A stretch of 63,085 bases of DNA, the filler included, from Octopus bimaculoides (Eukaryota): assembly GCF_001194135.2 (NCBI RefSeq). It is 5 parts of 4 records of this genome, joined end to end, with 100 filler letters (N's around TTAATTAATTAA, not from the genome) between each part and the next. Parts side by side here need not be neighbours in the genome. Positions count along the whole stretch, not along the records: positions 10,339 to 39,971 come from NC_068981.1; 4 more parts are not named here. One strand, 5' to 3'. The notes beneath the pieces are model-generated. The model searched no databases, was not told where the DNA came from, and was given only the letters and a program-made list of their open reading frames with translations. Shown here in pieces: positions 26,594 through 39,171 of the stretch (the first letter of the stretch is position 1; every line of letters begins with the position of its first letter). A program made the position numbers and the translations under genes.

Positions 26594-26918
26594 AGCCACT
26601 GCCTGGAATCGAACTCGAAATCTTGAGGTTAATAGCAGTAAAGAGTGGTAAAGAGCGCGAGCTATTAACCTCAAGATTCAGAGTTCGATTCCAGGCAGTG
26701 ACCTGAATGACAATAATAATAATGACAATATCGAAAATTACCGTAGGAATTTGAACCCAGGTTCGAAATTTCCCCAAGACACCTGATGAAGGCTTGAGGT
26801 TATATCAGCCGAACAAGATGAGGACAAATATCCGTCAAAGGTAAATAATGCAAATAATGTACATAATTCCTCATCTCTTAAATATAGAACTGTATGAAAG
26901 AATACTGTATTTATTAAA

Positions 26919-26970
<52 letters not shown>

Positions 26971-28733
26971 ATCTATGTGTGTGTGTCCTTGCGATTGTGT
27001 TTGTCCCCCCATCACCACTTGACAACCGGTGTTGGTATGTTAATGTCCCCGTAAATTAGCGTTTCGGCAATAGAGAGCGATATAAAAAATACGAGGTTTA
27101 AAAAATATGTCCTGGGGTCCATTTGTTCGATAAAATACCCCTTCAAGGCAGTGCTCTAGCATGGTCGCAGTCAGATGACAGAAACAAATAAAATAATAAA
27201 AGAACAAAAAAAAATAGTGAAAGGCACTGATCTCTTTCTGTTCAATCAGTTCATATTTATCGACATGGACAGAGGTGATTTGATATAGTAGTTGTTACTT
27301 GTAATGGTCACATGTATGGCAGCTAAAATACTTCTAGTATATTTTTATAAGGCCTGTGATGATAGTTTGTCGCTGCACACTAGTTGTAAAAGTATCATAA
27401 ACATTGCAGAAAATTATTCTTAATTTCTTCAAGTTATCTCCCTTTTTGTTTGACTCTCTAGTAACAACTGCTTGGTTTATGATTTCCTTTCTCCAGCTAC
27501 CACCAGTTTTCTTTATTTAAGAATTTTTAGTGATTAATTACAAATATATTATATAACAATGAAAGTATATAACATTATAATACACTATATAATATATACT
27601 GTTATATAATTTGTAATTTTTACCGATTAATTACAAATTTTTAATAGTTAAGAATATATTGTACACACTAGTGAGCAGATCATCTCTTTGCTCATCAAGA
27701 TTCTTGTCATTGCCTTATTTTAAATATTTTTCATAACTTCTTACTTTTTATATCTTAAAATTATACTGATTAAAAAATATCCGTAACACTTATTTTATTT
27801 GTAAAATTATTTGTCAACTGATCAAAGAGTCTCGAATTATATATTATGCTAATGAGGTCTAAAAGAACTTACTCGCATAGTATATAACTCAAATATAGTG
27901 TATAACAATAAAAGTACATAATATTATGATACGGTATATAATACTGTTATATAATATAATAACCAACCCCGTGTGGTTTAGTGGTTAGGGTATTCGGTGC
28001 ACGATCATAAAGTCTTGTGTTCGATTCGTGGTGGCGCGTTGTATCCTTGAGCAAGACAATTTATTTCACGCTGCTCTAATTCACTCAGCTGGCAAAAGTG
28101 AGTAGTACCTGTAATTCAAAAGGCCAGCCTTGTCACATTCTGCGTCACGCTGAATCTCCCTGAGAGCTACGCCAATGTTACTCATGTCTGTGCGGTGCTC
28201 AATCAATTATATGTTAATTTCAAGAGCAGGCTGTTCCGTTGATCAGGCTAACAGGAACACACGTTGTCGTAACCGACAGTCCCGAGTGGGGGTGGGGGTT
28301 ATCATATAATAAAAGAATATAACATTGTATGTTATATAATATATACTGTTATATAACAGAGTGTAAAACATTATATCATAGTATATAAGAAGTACTGCGT
28401 TATGTATAACATTAATATACAGCATTAGCGTAGAATAGAACTGATGACGGATCAAATATATGGATCAAATTTTTTTCTATGTAAATTAATTTCGATAGAT
28501 CGATTCTTAATTTCTTCAAATTGTCTCCCTTGTTTCCGAGACCTGCTAGCTGCTGCTCGGTTTTGCTTTCGTTTTCACACTATAAGCAACATTTGATTCA
28601 AGAATTTCTTTCTTTTTTTTTTCTTTTTGCCTATGTCATTCAGTATTTAGTACCGTAAGGTCACGAAGCATGCTGATTAAATAAAAATAATCAAAGCAAA
28701 TACTCTGAAAAATACAAAATATTTCAAATGTCA

Positions 28734-28777
<44 letters not shown>

Positions 28778-29685
28778 GAGGGGTGCTGAAAAGTTGAGCA
28801 TCAGTTGATTATGATTTTATTCAACATATTCCCCTCTCAGATTCAGACACTTATTGCACCGGTCCATCAGTTTATCTAAGTCCTGTAAAAGAACACAACT
28901 CAGAAGGTTGCGCCTCCAACTAGGCCTTTCGCGACAGCCTTAGAGACAGGAACATTTCAGCACCCCTCATGTGTGTGTACATATATATATATATATATAT
29001 ATAATACAAATAATAAATGAGTATATGCATATATACGTACATGTATGTACATACTTACATCTACCTATATATAGATGCATACCTGGGTACAGGACATTGT
29101 AAACAAAGCGTAGACAAAATGATAAACGAATACAGAAAACACACAGGCCACATAGAGAACATCTCCTTCATCAGCTGCTCCCATTCTAACACAGGCGTTT
29201 CGAAGAGTAGGGCAGGACGCATCGTTAAAACGGCTCTTCCCACGGACCACAAATTAAATTTAGATTAAATTTAATTCAAATTAAAATTGTAACGTGGAGG
29301 AATGGTAGTGGCGGACAAAACAAAACAGGAAAACGAAACAGTGAGAACAAACCAGTTCCGTTAACGGCTTGGCGTTCGGGCGAGTATACTTGGCATTGAT
29401 GTAGCAACATTTGAAATGTTGTCTAGGTAAATGCAGCTGATGAAGACTAATCAGATTTACGTTGTGAAACGTATTTGAAAAGTCTGAAACCTAGGTATTG
29501 CATTATCCTTAATCTGGGTTGTTCATTTTCGGATGTTCTTCCTAAGGTAAGACAAGTTTTTCATGTTTTGTTGCACTCACGCATTTTTGCCAGTATATAC
29601 GCAGTGAAGCTATACAATAGCGTCGTTTTTATATCGATTGCTATTCTCCAGCAAATATCGGTACCTTGTTGTACCTTTCTTATGA

Positions 29686-29716
<31 letters not shown>

Positions 29717-32320
29717 ACAAAAACGGCCCGATCTTAAAAAGTATACGTCCTACCGCAAAAAAAAGAAGAAAATTGGGAAAACGAAGGCAGTTTTGAAACC
29801 AACATAAAATATAAATTGTGGACCACGCAAAGTCACCTTGTGATTGAAGTTCTCCGTTGTTAAGTACGGTAATTTTGTTTAAAAGATATGGCTTTTATCT
29901 AAGAAATATCTGTTATCTTATTTCTATAACACACGAGGTACTGTGCCGTTTTTCAAAAAGTAATAACACATCGATAATTCTGGTTACTAATAAGAAACAT
30001 AATCTTGCAATTGTTGCATATAAACTAATTTATTAGAGAGGCAACAATGCCTTGCACAAATGCGAAAAAGATTTAGTTTATATATTTTGCACTACCACAA
30101 AGAGACATAATTACCTTAAAAACCAAATTAAATTATTTTGAAAGTAAATGAAATCTTTAAGGTTTTTTCCGAAATTCTTTTTATGACAATTTCGCACAGC
30201 TAATTTATTTGAAAAAAAAAAAAAGAAAAAAAAAAGAGGAATATAAATAAAAGTTAAATAAGTAAAAATAAGCGTTACAATTCTTTTTCAAATCTTAGGA
30301 AATTAGTTAACAGAAACGAATATAGCTGCTGAAGACAGAATTGTTTGTCACACTAATATACGTACACATGCCGCTGCTCGAACAATTTCAAGACACCTTG
30401 TGGGTGTTGTGTATGTACATATGTATGTACGTACGTACCTACGTACGTATGTGCGTATGTATGTAGGTATGTATGTATGTATGTATGTATGTGTGTATGT
30501 GTGTTCGTATGTATGTATGTATGTATGTGTGTATGTATGTATGTATGTATGTATGTATATGTGTAGATTTGTTGGTTTTGCTTTATCTATGTATTCTCAT
30601 GCACATAGTTGCATATTTAGACATGCTTATATATATTTAAATGATAATCTTCTGGAAAGTTTTACAGATTTATACAGTTCCAGTGATGGATTGGACCTGT
30701 AGTCTTCGAATGAGCTTTCTCTTTTCTGGTTTTGAGAAGCCTAATTTCTCAAGATTGGTATTTAGGCATTGTGTTACATATCCCAGGGCCCTAGTAATTA
30801 CAGGTATAAACCTGAACTTGTAATCTGGATAGAGTAACTGCAGATTTCTCAATAGTTCAGCGTAGGTATTCTCTTTTTCACTGATCTTCAGCTTTGTGTT
30901 AACATCCTCGGTGCAGCTAATTTCCACAAGTGTGCACAGTTTCTCTTCTCTAACCCAAATCATTATACCAGGTCTGGTGTGCTTACATTTTATTGAGATC
31001 TTCACTGGGACATTTCACCAGTACTCCTTTTTAATTACGATTGACTATGGCTTCTACCATACTGTGGGTTCTTTTTTCTTTGTCCTCGAGGGTTATCGTT
31101 CTGATGGATTTCATTATAGAGTGTCCTAGTTACAACGTCATGTTTTATTGGTAGATAATACCGTGATGACATTTTCGGACAGCTGCTTATGATGTGGGTG
31201 ATATTTTCGGTGTTAATTCCACAAAGACTGCATCAGTTGTCACATTTTACTGCTTTTCCTGCATCTCTATCCCTTTTGTGCATCAGGTACTTGGTTGTTA
31301 TTTCTTGTTCCTGGATTGCAAACACATACCCTTGAAAGTGAAGATAGTAATCTGGCTTTTGGTCCATGATAAACTGCTTTGATGATCGATGTTACTATCA
31401 TCTTGGAGGTTTCTACTAACATATTCATGCATACTCTTCTAGTTATACAGGATCATCCTTTCATCTGACGAAAAGTTGCGGTAGAGTCGTGCAAATTCTT
31501 TGGGCATGTATTCTAGATTCTCAGACAAAAAGTATTGCTCAAGGAGCTATCTTTCAAGTCTTATTATGTTATCAACCTCATGTATGCAAATTTGGTCAAG
31601 GGATGCAACTATTGATGGACAAAGTGGTAATGCAAGATTGTAAGCAAAAGAGACAAATCTTGGAATGGCCTGGATTTACTATCGCAAACCTTAGGATATG
31701 ATTCCACATTCGTGGATCATCGAGTGCTTAGATCTGTTTGGAATTGCGTGGAATGTAACGTGATTCTTGAAGAGAAGTATGGTGGGATGAAAAACTGAAC
31801 TGACATCTTACGGAAAAAATCCTGCGCCCCTTTAAGGGGGATTTTCCAGGATGATAGCATTTTTCTGTTGCTTTTTGCTCTCTACATGATACCCCTGACC
31901 TTGGTGCTTTGGAAAATGAACCTGGAGTACCAACTAAAGGAAAAATCCCAGACAATCAACCATCTCCTCTTCATGGATGATTTGAAACTGTATGGCAAAG
32001 ATGAGATGCCTTGACGAATACGGTCCACTATTTTAGTATTGATATTAGAATGGAATTTGGACTCAAGAAGTGCGGAGTAATCTATCTAAAAAGGGGCACG
32101 GTACAGCAAGGATAGAGTTACAGAATAGAAACTTGATTAAGCAAATTGAAACGGGAGGATACAGATACCTTGGTGTACTAGAGTTCAACGCGATAATGGC
32201 AAAGGAAATGAAAGAGCTACTGAGGATGGAACATTTCCGAAGAACGAAAAGAAGAACGAAATGCTGCTTAGCAGTTATCCAGGGTGCTAACGATTCTGTC
32301 AGCTCGTCATAATAATCGAA

Positions 32321-32381
<61 letters not shown>

Positions 32382-32395
32382 TAATAATAATAATA

Positions 32396-32466
<71 letters not shown>

Positions 32467-34899
32467 TTAATGAACTGCAGCTAGTGGTAGAATAATCTGC
32501 TCTTTGGCAGATATCCTGAAAATTCCACGTATGTTGCACTACTAATAAAGCTCTTCAATGAAGCATAGTCATTCTGAGTTGAAATCCCACCGAAACTTGA
32601 ATTCAGAACATTTCATTTCGAGGTCGATAGAATAAAGTAGCTTTCCAGTACTGTGGTCGATGATATTAACTAAGCCCTCCTCTAGAAAGTACTTTAGATT
32701 TTGTGCTTAAATCAGAAATCTCTGTGGCTACTGATAAGGCGGTGGATTGGCAAATACTGGGGGTTATTTATTCGTTTTTTTTTTTTACTCTCCGAATCCA
32801 AATCCAATCGAGGTCAACTATGCTTTTGGCCCTGTCGAGATCGATAAAATGAGTGCCAGTCAAATACTGGAGTTAATGTTACCAACTGATCCATGCCCCT
32901 TAAAAGTGCTGTCCTTATGCTTAAATCAGAAACCATTCTTGGTATTGTAAGAGCAGCGGATTGGTAGAATTATTTAGCACATTTGCGGAATTTCTTTTGG
33001 CTCTTTACATTCTCACTTCAAGTGCGTTCGAGGTCACCTTTGTCTCTCGTCCTTTCAGGGTTAATAAAATAATGTACCCACCACGAGTGGCATCCTACTT
33101 CAAACAATGCTGGTCTTGAGGCTAAATTAAAATCTTTTATTGCTGCTCTAAATGTTGATGTTGTTGTTGTTGTTGCTATTGCTGCTGTCTCCTGCGGCTG
33201 TCATTGTTGATGCTACTGCCACTACTGCTTCTTTTGTCATTGGGGTAGTTCGTGTCGTTGCTCTTTCAACTGTTGTGGGTATTGTGATTGTCATTACTAT
33301 CGTTTATGGTGATCATGTGACTCATATTTATTAGTGTTGCTAATTATGTTGAGGCCATTCGCTTGTTTAGTTCGAGGGCAATCTTAATTGAGCAATCATA
33401 GGATAAAATAGCACTCCACCCATTGCCATACTATCCCACTTTTTGTTGTCGCTATTGTTGTTGTTCACACATTGTATTTATCATTATATTATCAACTGTA
33501 ATCGTCTTTTTTTAATTTTCAAAAGAATAAGGTGTGAATTAAGAGATATTTGGCTACTATTTCTAGGAGATGCGCAGGTGCGTGGCTAATTGGTCAGCGT
33601 GTTGCATTCATGACTGCAAAACTGTGAATTCGATTACTGGACCCGGTGATGTGCTGTGTTCTTGAGCAAAACACTTCATTTCCAGTTGCTCCAGTCCACT
33701 CAGCTCGCAAAAGTGAATAATTCTCGCGATGGATCTGCGCTCCATCCAGGGGGATGAACAATATATGTGCCACAGAATCCTAGTAACCGGTCTTATGAGC
33801 CTAGAGCTTGGGAAGGACCAATGATCCTTTTACATTTTCTAATTTCTAGTGGACAGACCGGCCATATAAAGAGACACTCTTGGTTGTTGGCTATATCGTA
33901 GCTGCCGTAGTAACTGTCTCCATTCACACCGTTGTTATTGGTTTTCTTTTTGTGATATTGTCGTTTTAGTTATTCAAACGTATCTAAGACCATATTATCA
34001 ACTGGGTTCTCTTTTTTTGTATTTTCAAAATGATTAAGTGTGAACTAAGGGAAATTTGGCTACTATTTCAAGTAAACAAAGCGGCCACATAAAGGTACTT
34101 TTGGTTGTTTGCGATATTGTAGCTGCCGTAGTTACCATTTCCATACTTATCTTTGTTATTGTTGTTTCGGTGTGATTATTGTTGTGCTTCTTGTTGCCAC
34201 TGTCACCATTATAGCTATTGTCACGAGTGATGTTGTTGTTGTTGTTGTTGTTTGTGGTGGTGGTGGTGGTGGTGGTGTTGCTGTTCTTTTTCTGACAGTG
34301 TTCTTTCTCTAGCTAATATTTACGGTCGTTTCTGCTAGGTCGCTTCTTCCGGTGATTAATTATAGACGGATTTCATTGCTGTTATTGAGAGGTGCGAAAA
34401 CTGAGCAGCATCTTTTATAGATTCCAATCTCGCCACAGCAGAAACGCATCACATCTGGCAGGTAACAGCTGCTTTGTTTTAATTTGAAACCCTCCTCTGC
34501 TATTCCACATTTCCTGCAATTCCTCTCCCTCCCCCCCTCTCTCTCTCTCTTTCTCACACTTTCATTTTCTTTCACTCTCTTTCCTGGACTCACTTCTCGT
34601 TTCACGATAATTCTTTTTCTTACTTAGTGTCTTTCGTCCTTTCTCTCCCACTTCATTTCTTCTATTTCTATAATTTTCTTCCCTCCCCCTCTCTCTCTCT
34701 CTCTCTCTCTTTCCTCCTCCTTTCCTTCATTTTCTTATTTTCTTCTGCTTTCACACATTTTCTTTGCTCTCTCTCTTCCCATCTTTCTCTCTCTCTCTCT
34801 CTCTCTCTCTCCCTATCTACCAATCTAGTTCACTGTCTGTGTGTGCATGAACGTGAGTGTGAGCGTGTGCTCGCGTATGTCCGTATGTTTGTTTGCTCA

Positions 34900-34944
<45 letters not shown>

Positions 34945-35003
34945 ACATGCATGCATACATTCACACATACATACATACATGCATACATACATCTCTGACT
35001 GTG

Positions 35004-35035
<32 letters not shown>

Positions 35036-35057
35036 NNNNNNNNNNATCTATCAATCA

Positions 35058-35093
<36 letters not shown>

Positions 35094-35137
35094 GTATGTG
35101 TATGTATATCTTTATATACATACATACATACATACAT

Positions 35138-35196
<59 letters not shown>

Positions 35197-35426
35197 GTCG
35201 TATATTTATACCAGTGACATTTTCCTATCACTGCCCCATCAATTAATCCACTCATTCCAATTCAAGCCATTCGTCTAATTACACACCGCTCTATCAAAGC
35301 CATCCAACAAACGACCATTTTCCCTTCAGTTGTGCTTATCTCCCCTTCCATCTCTCCATCCCTCCAATCAGTCATTCACCCTACCTTCTAACAACAATTA
35401 CAACAACAACAACAACAACAACAACA

Positions 35427-35492
<66 letters not shown>

Positions 35493-37634
35493 GCTGCTAC
35501 TACTACTCAGTATAACCGTAACGGTTTCTAAGTTAGGCACAAGGCAATAATTTTTAGGGCAGCGGGTGTGTCGTTTCTATCAAACACCAGATTTTAGAAG
35601 GGTCCTGTACTTTGTACAGGAAAGCAAAGTTAATCGCAGCATTTCTTGAACTCCGAACGTAAAAAGCCGGAAAAAATAACCTAAAATACTTTTTTTTCTA
35701 CGTTTTGACGATTCTAATAGATGGTTGCTAATTTATTCACATACCATCGACTCAATCACTTGAGCGTGGTATAGACTAACTTTATCACCTCCAAGTTGTT
35801 AGCTTTGTGTCTCAATTAGACACCTTTTCTATCGTTATTATTATTAAGGTGGAGAGCTGGCAGCTGGACGAAATGCCTTGTGGCAATTTGTCCGTCTTTA
35901 CGTTCCGTGTTCAAATTCCGCTGAGGTCGACTTTGTCTTTCATCCTTTCGGGGTCGATAAATTAACTACCAGTTAAACCCTGGGGTCGTTGTAATCGACT
36001 TATATCCTCCCCCCAAAATGGTGCCCTTGTGGCAAAATTTGATGCCATTATTATAATTAATGTGGCGAGCTGGCAGAACCGTTAGCACACCGGAGAAAAC
36101 GCTTAGTAGCATTTCGTCTCTACGTTCTGTGTTCAAATTCCACCGAGGTCGACCTTGCCTCTCATCCTTTCGGGGTCGATGAAATAAGTACCAATTAAGC
36201 ACTGGAGTCGATGTAATTGAACTCGCCTTCCCCTATCACTTTCCAGCTTTGTGTCTATATTAGAAAAGATTCTAAGTAATGCCACGAGCTAGTTGAATAA
36301 TTAGAGCGTCGGACAAAATGCTTAGCACCATTTGGTCTGGTTTTAGAGTCTGAGTTCAAATTCTGCTGGGGTCGATTTTGCTTTTCATCCTATCGGAGTC
36401 GATACAAGAAGTACCAGTTGGTTACTGGGGGCCGAAGTAATCTATTCGCCCCTCCCCCAATGTTAGGCCCTGTGCTTATAATATGAAGTTATAGTTATTC
36501 AGGCGGTGAGCTAGCAGAACCTTTAAAGTGTTGGACAAAATTATTAGCAGCATTTCTTCTGACTCATTATTTTCTCAGCTCAGATATCGCCGAGTTCGAC
36601 CTTGCCTTTTATCCTTTCAGAGTCGATAAGACAAGTACCAGCTGACTACTGAGTCGATGTAATCGACTTCCCACTTCCCTCAAAATTGCTGGTCTTGTGC
36701 CAAAATTAGAAAGAATTGTTGGTGTTGTTCTCTTTAATTCTGGCACAAAACAATTTGTTTTAAGCCAATACGCTGCTACACTATCGGTGTGTGGTTTCGA
36801 CACTACCACTTTAAGCAGCAGTTGATTTCTTGGCATAGAGTTTGAGTTCAATTCGTAATCACTATTGTCTGCTTAGAAATTAACCAATTATTGGGAAGCT
36901 GGTGATCGTGAAAAGGTACTTTTTGCTTGCACATATCCTATCAACTTATAGGATTATATTTAAGTCTTTAAATCCGACTTTTAACGAAGTAAAGCTGTTT
37001 TACCAGGAATGGAACCTTCATATAAATAATTCAGTTAATCATTGGCTTAAAATATACAATCTCCACATAATCAATTCAGAACATTCAGTTTTGCTTTCAT
37101 GGGAATACCGGTTCTTCGCAAGAGGGCGGATATCATGTTTTCCCGAAGATGTACTCCCCTTCATTGGTTTTATACTCTTTCTGCCTCCTCCTGATCATTG
37201 TGTATTTTTTTTTCTAAATTATACAAGGGTACTTGAATACAAATCGGAGTTTCCTTTAATTTCCACTGTTCCTAAATTGAATAAAAAAGAAACGGCTCAG
37301 CTTGATTGTATCATTTTCATCGATCATACCTTTTTTTTTATCATCGTTCAAACCATTGATTAGTTATTATTGTTTGAATTAACAAAATTGTTAAAGCGTC
37401 GAATAGAATGCTTTTCGTTGTAGGTTCAAATCCCTGCTTACTAGGAAATATGCTTATTAGGCTAAGTAAAGATTACTGTGAAGGCCGTCCAATACGAAGT
37501 GGTGCACAGTCATGAGGATTTGTATATCCATACTGATCCTACCCGACCCCATACCATCTAACATTAAGTCTGTCCTGACCACATATAATACTACGAAGGT
37601 AGCCACTCAAAAAGGGCTACTCAAAAAGAAAAGA

Positions 37635-37675
<41 letters not shown>

Positions 37676-39135
37676 ATAGTAGTAATAGTAGTAGTAGAAG
37701 AAGAAGAAGAAGAAGAAGAAGAAGAAGAAGAAGAAGAAGAAGAAGAAGAAGAAGGCCTAAGTTTTGAATGATGGCATCACAATGGTGAAGCGTATGTTTT
37801 TCGTTTTGAAGTCCTTGTTGAAGCAAGTGAAACTTTACTTGCATTAGCGAGGCGCACATCAAGTACATGAACTGCACATCATCTCGAAGGTGACCACTCA
37901 TAAAGGGCCAAAACAGTCACAAATGTCCCTGACAAATGTCCCTAAAATACTACAGGACAAGCTTATGAGCAGATGTGTCACGTACAATTTGAACTTGCGC
38001 TTCCTGTTATGGTCGTTGTTTATGTGAAACGTGTTGAGAAGAAGAAGAAGAAGAAGAAGAAGAAGAAGAAGAAGAAGAAGAAGAAGAAGAAGAAGAAGAT
38101 CTAAGTTTTGAATGCATGGCATCACAATGGTAAGGAGTAAGCTTTTCGTTTTGAATTCCTGGTTAAAGCAAATGAAATTCCACTTGCCTTAGTGAGGCCC
38201 ACATCAAATACACGAACTTCTCATCATCTCAATGGTTTCACCTATTGTAATCTTCATAGGCCTATTTTCTGGCACATTGAGGAGAGGAGAAGCATGTTTT
38301 ATGTTCTTAAATACCATAACACATTCTGCCTACTGAAATTCCAACCCTGTTGAGTACAACAACATATTTTATCTCAACAGATCAATAAAATATGAAATTA
38401 TAACATTCTGAGGTTGATTCAACGAACAGATTTCTGTTGAAACAAACAGAATTTTATACCTGGTCAAAAGAAATCAATATGAAAGACGAGAAGATAAGAG
38501 AGACAAGAAAAAGAGAGATTGGTGAAGAAGAGGAAAAATATATTTTAAAAATCAAGAGTGTGAAAAACATATGAAGTTAATAATGGAGATCGAACCGAAT
38601 GTAATTAAAAAGAAACAAACAATTAAAAAAAATATTTAAAGACGAAACAAGAATGTATTTTATTTTTTAAAAATCTAATGACTTTCTGATGTCTGTTAGA
38701 ATATTAGATAACAAGGCTACAACAAATATCTCCTCTCTCCCATGGTGTTTAGTGGTGGATGATGCACGAGTAGATATGTGTGGTGGCTGGTGTGTGAAGT
38801 GGAAAGAGAAAGAGAGCGAGAGAGAGAAAGAGAGAGAAAGAGAGGGGAGGGATAGGGATAAGTGGGAGGCGCTAGTGATGGTAAAGATGGAACCGTGTCT
38901 GATTAGTGATGTACAGGCCACTCGATTTTCTTAATCTGCTGCCGAATAGCTTAGAAACGTTGCACGTGCTGATGACGTGTTAACAAGAAAACAGTATAGG
39001 GTGAGAGTAGGGTAATAGCGAAGAGGTGAAGAGGCGAAGGGATGGAGGACAAGTGGTGCAAGGTACAGATGTAGAGATGGCGGGAGAGAGAAAGAGAGGG
39101 AGAAAGAGAGAGGATGAGAGAGAGAGAAAGAGAGT

Positions 39136-39171
<36 letters not shown>

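Noticed and set aside
26641-26700. tRNA gene call for the tRNA-like heads (here and in SINE families A-C)
   Set aside because: Acceptor stems are incomplete and the heads are fused to repeat bodies, so these are SINE-derived rather than functional tRNAs.
29017-29480. ORF ending ...HKLNLD (GIY-YIG-like?) and two divergent GCAGCTGATGAAG motifs
   Set aside because: There is no GIY or YIG motif, and neither CTGATGA has a complete stem II-GAAA-stem III-stem I set. At most this is an eroded Penelope-type remnant.
33152-33334. ORF with signal-peptide-like start (MLMLLLLLLLLLSPAAV)
   Set aside because: It derives from degenerate (TTG)n/(CTG)n simple repeat and has no compatible donor into exon 3.
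34360-34420. Longer exon 3 read through TGA 34402-34404 (selenocysteine idea)
   Set aside because: The acceptor at 34420 with exon 2 supplies a consistent frame without readthrough, and no SECIS evidence was seen.
34400-34430. Apparent - strand promoter (ATTGG then TATAAAAG)
   Set aside because: The same bases are the + strand acceptor CTTTTATAG of exon 3, and no - strand exons were found downstream.
35848-36715. CRISPR-like or satellite interpretation of regularly spaced repeats
   Set aside because: The units are ~215-bp diverged SINEs in eukaryotic DNA, with no short direct repeats with unique spacers and no cas genes.
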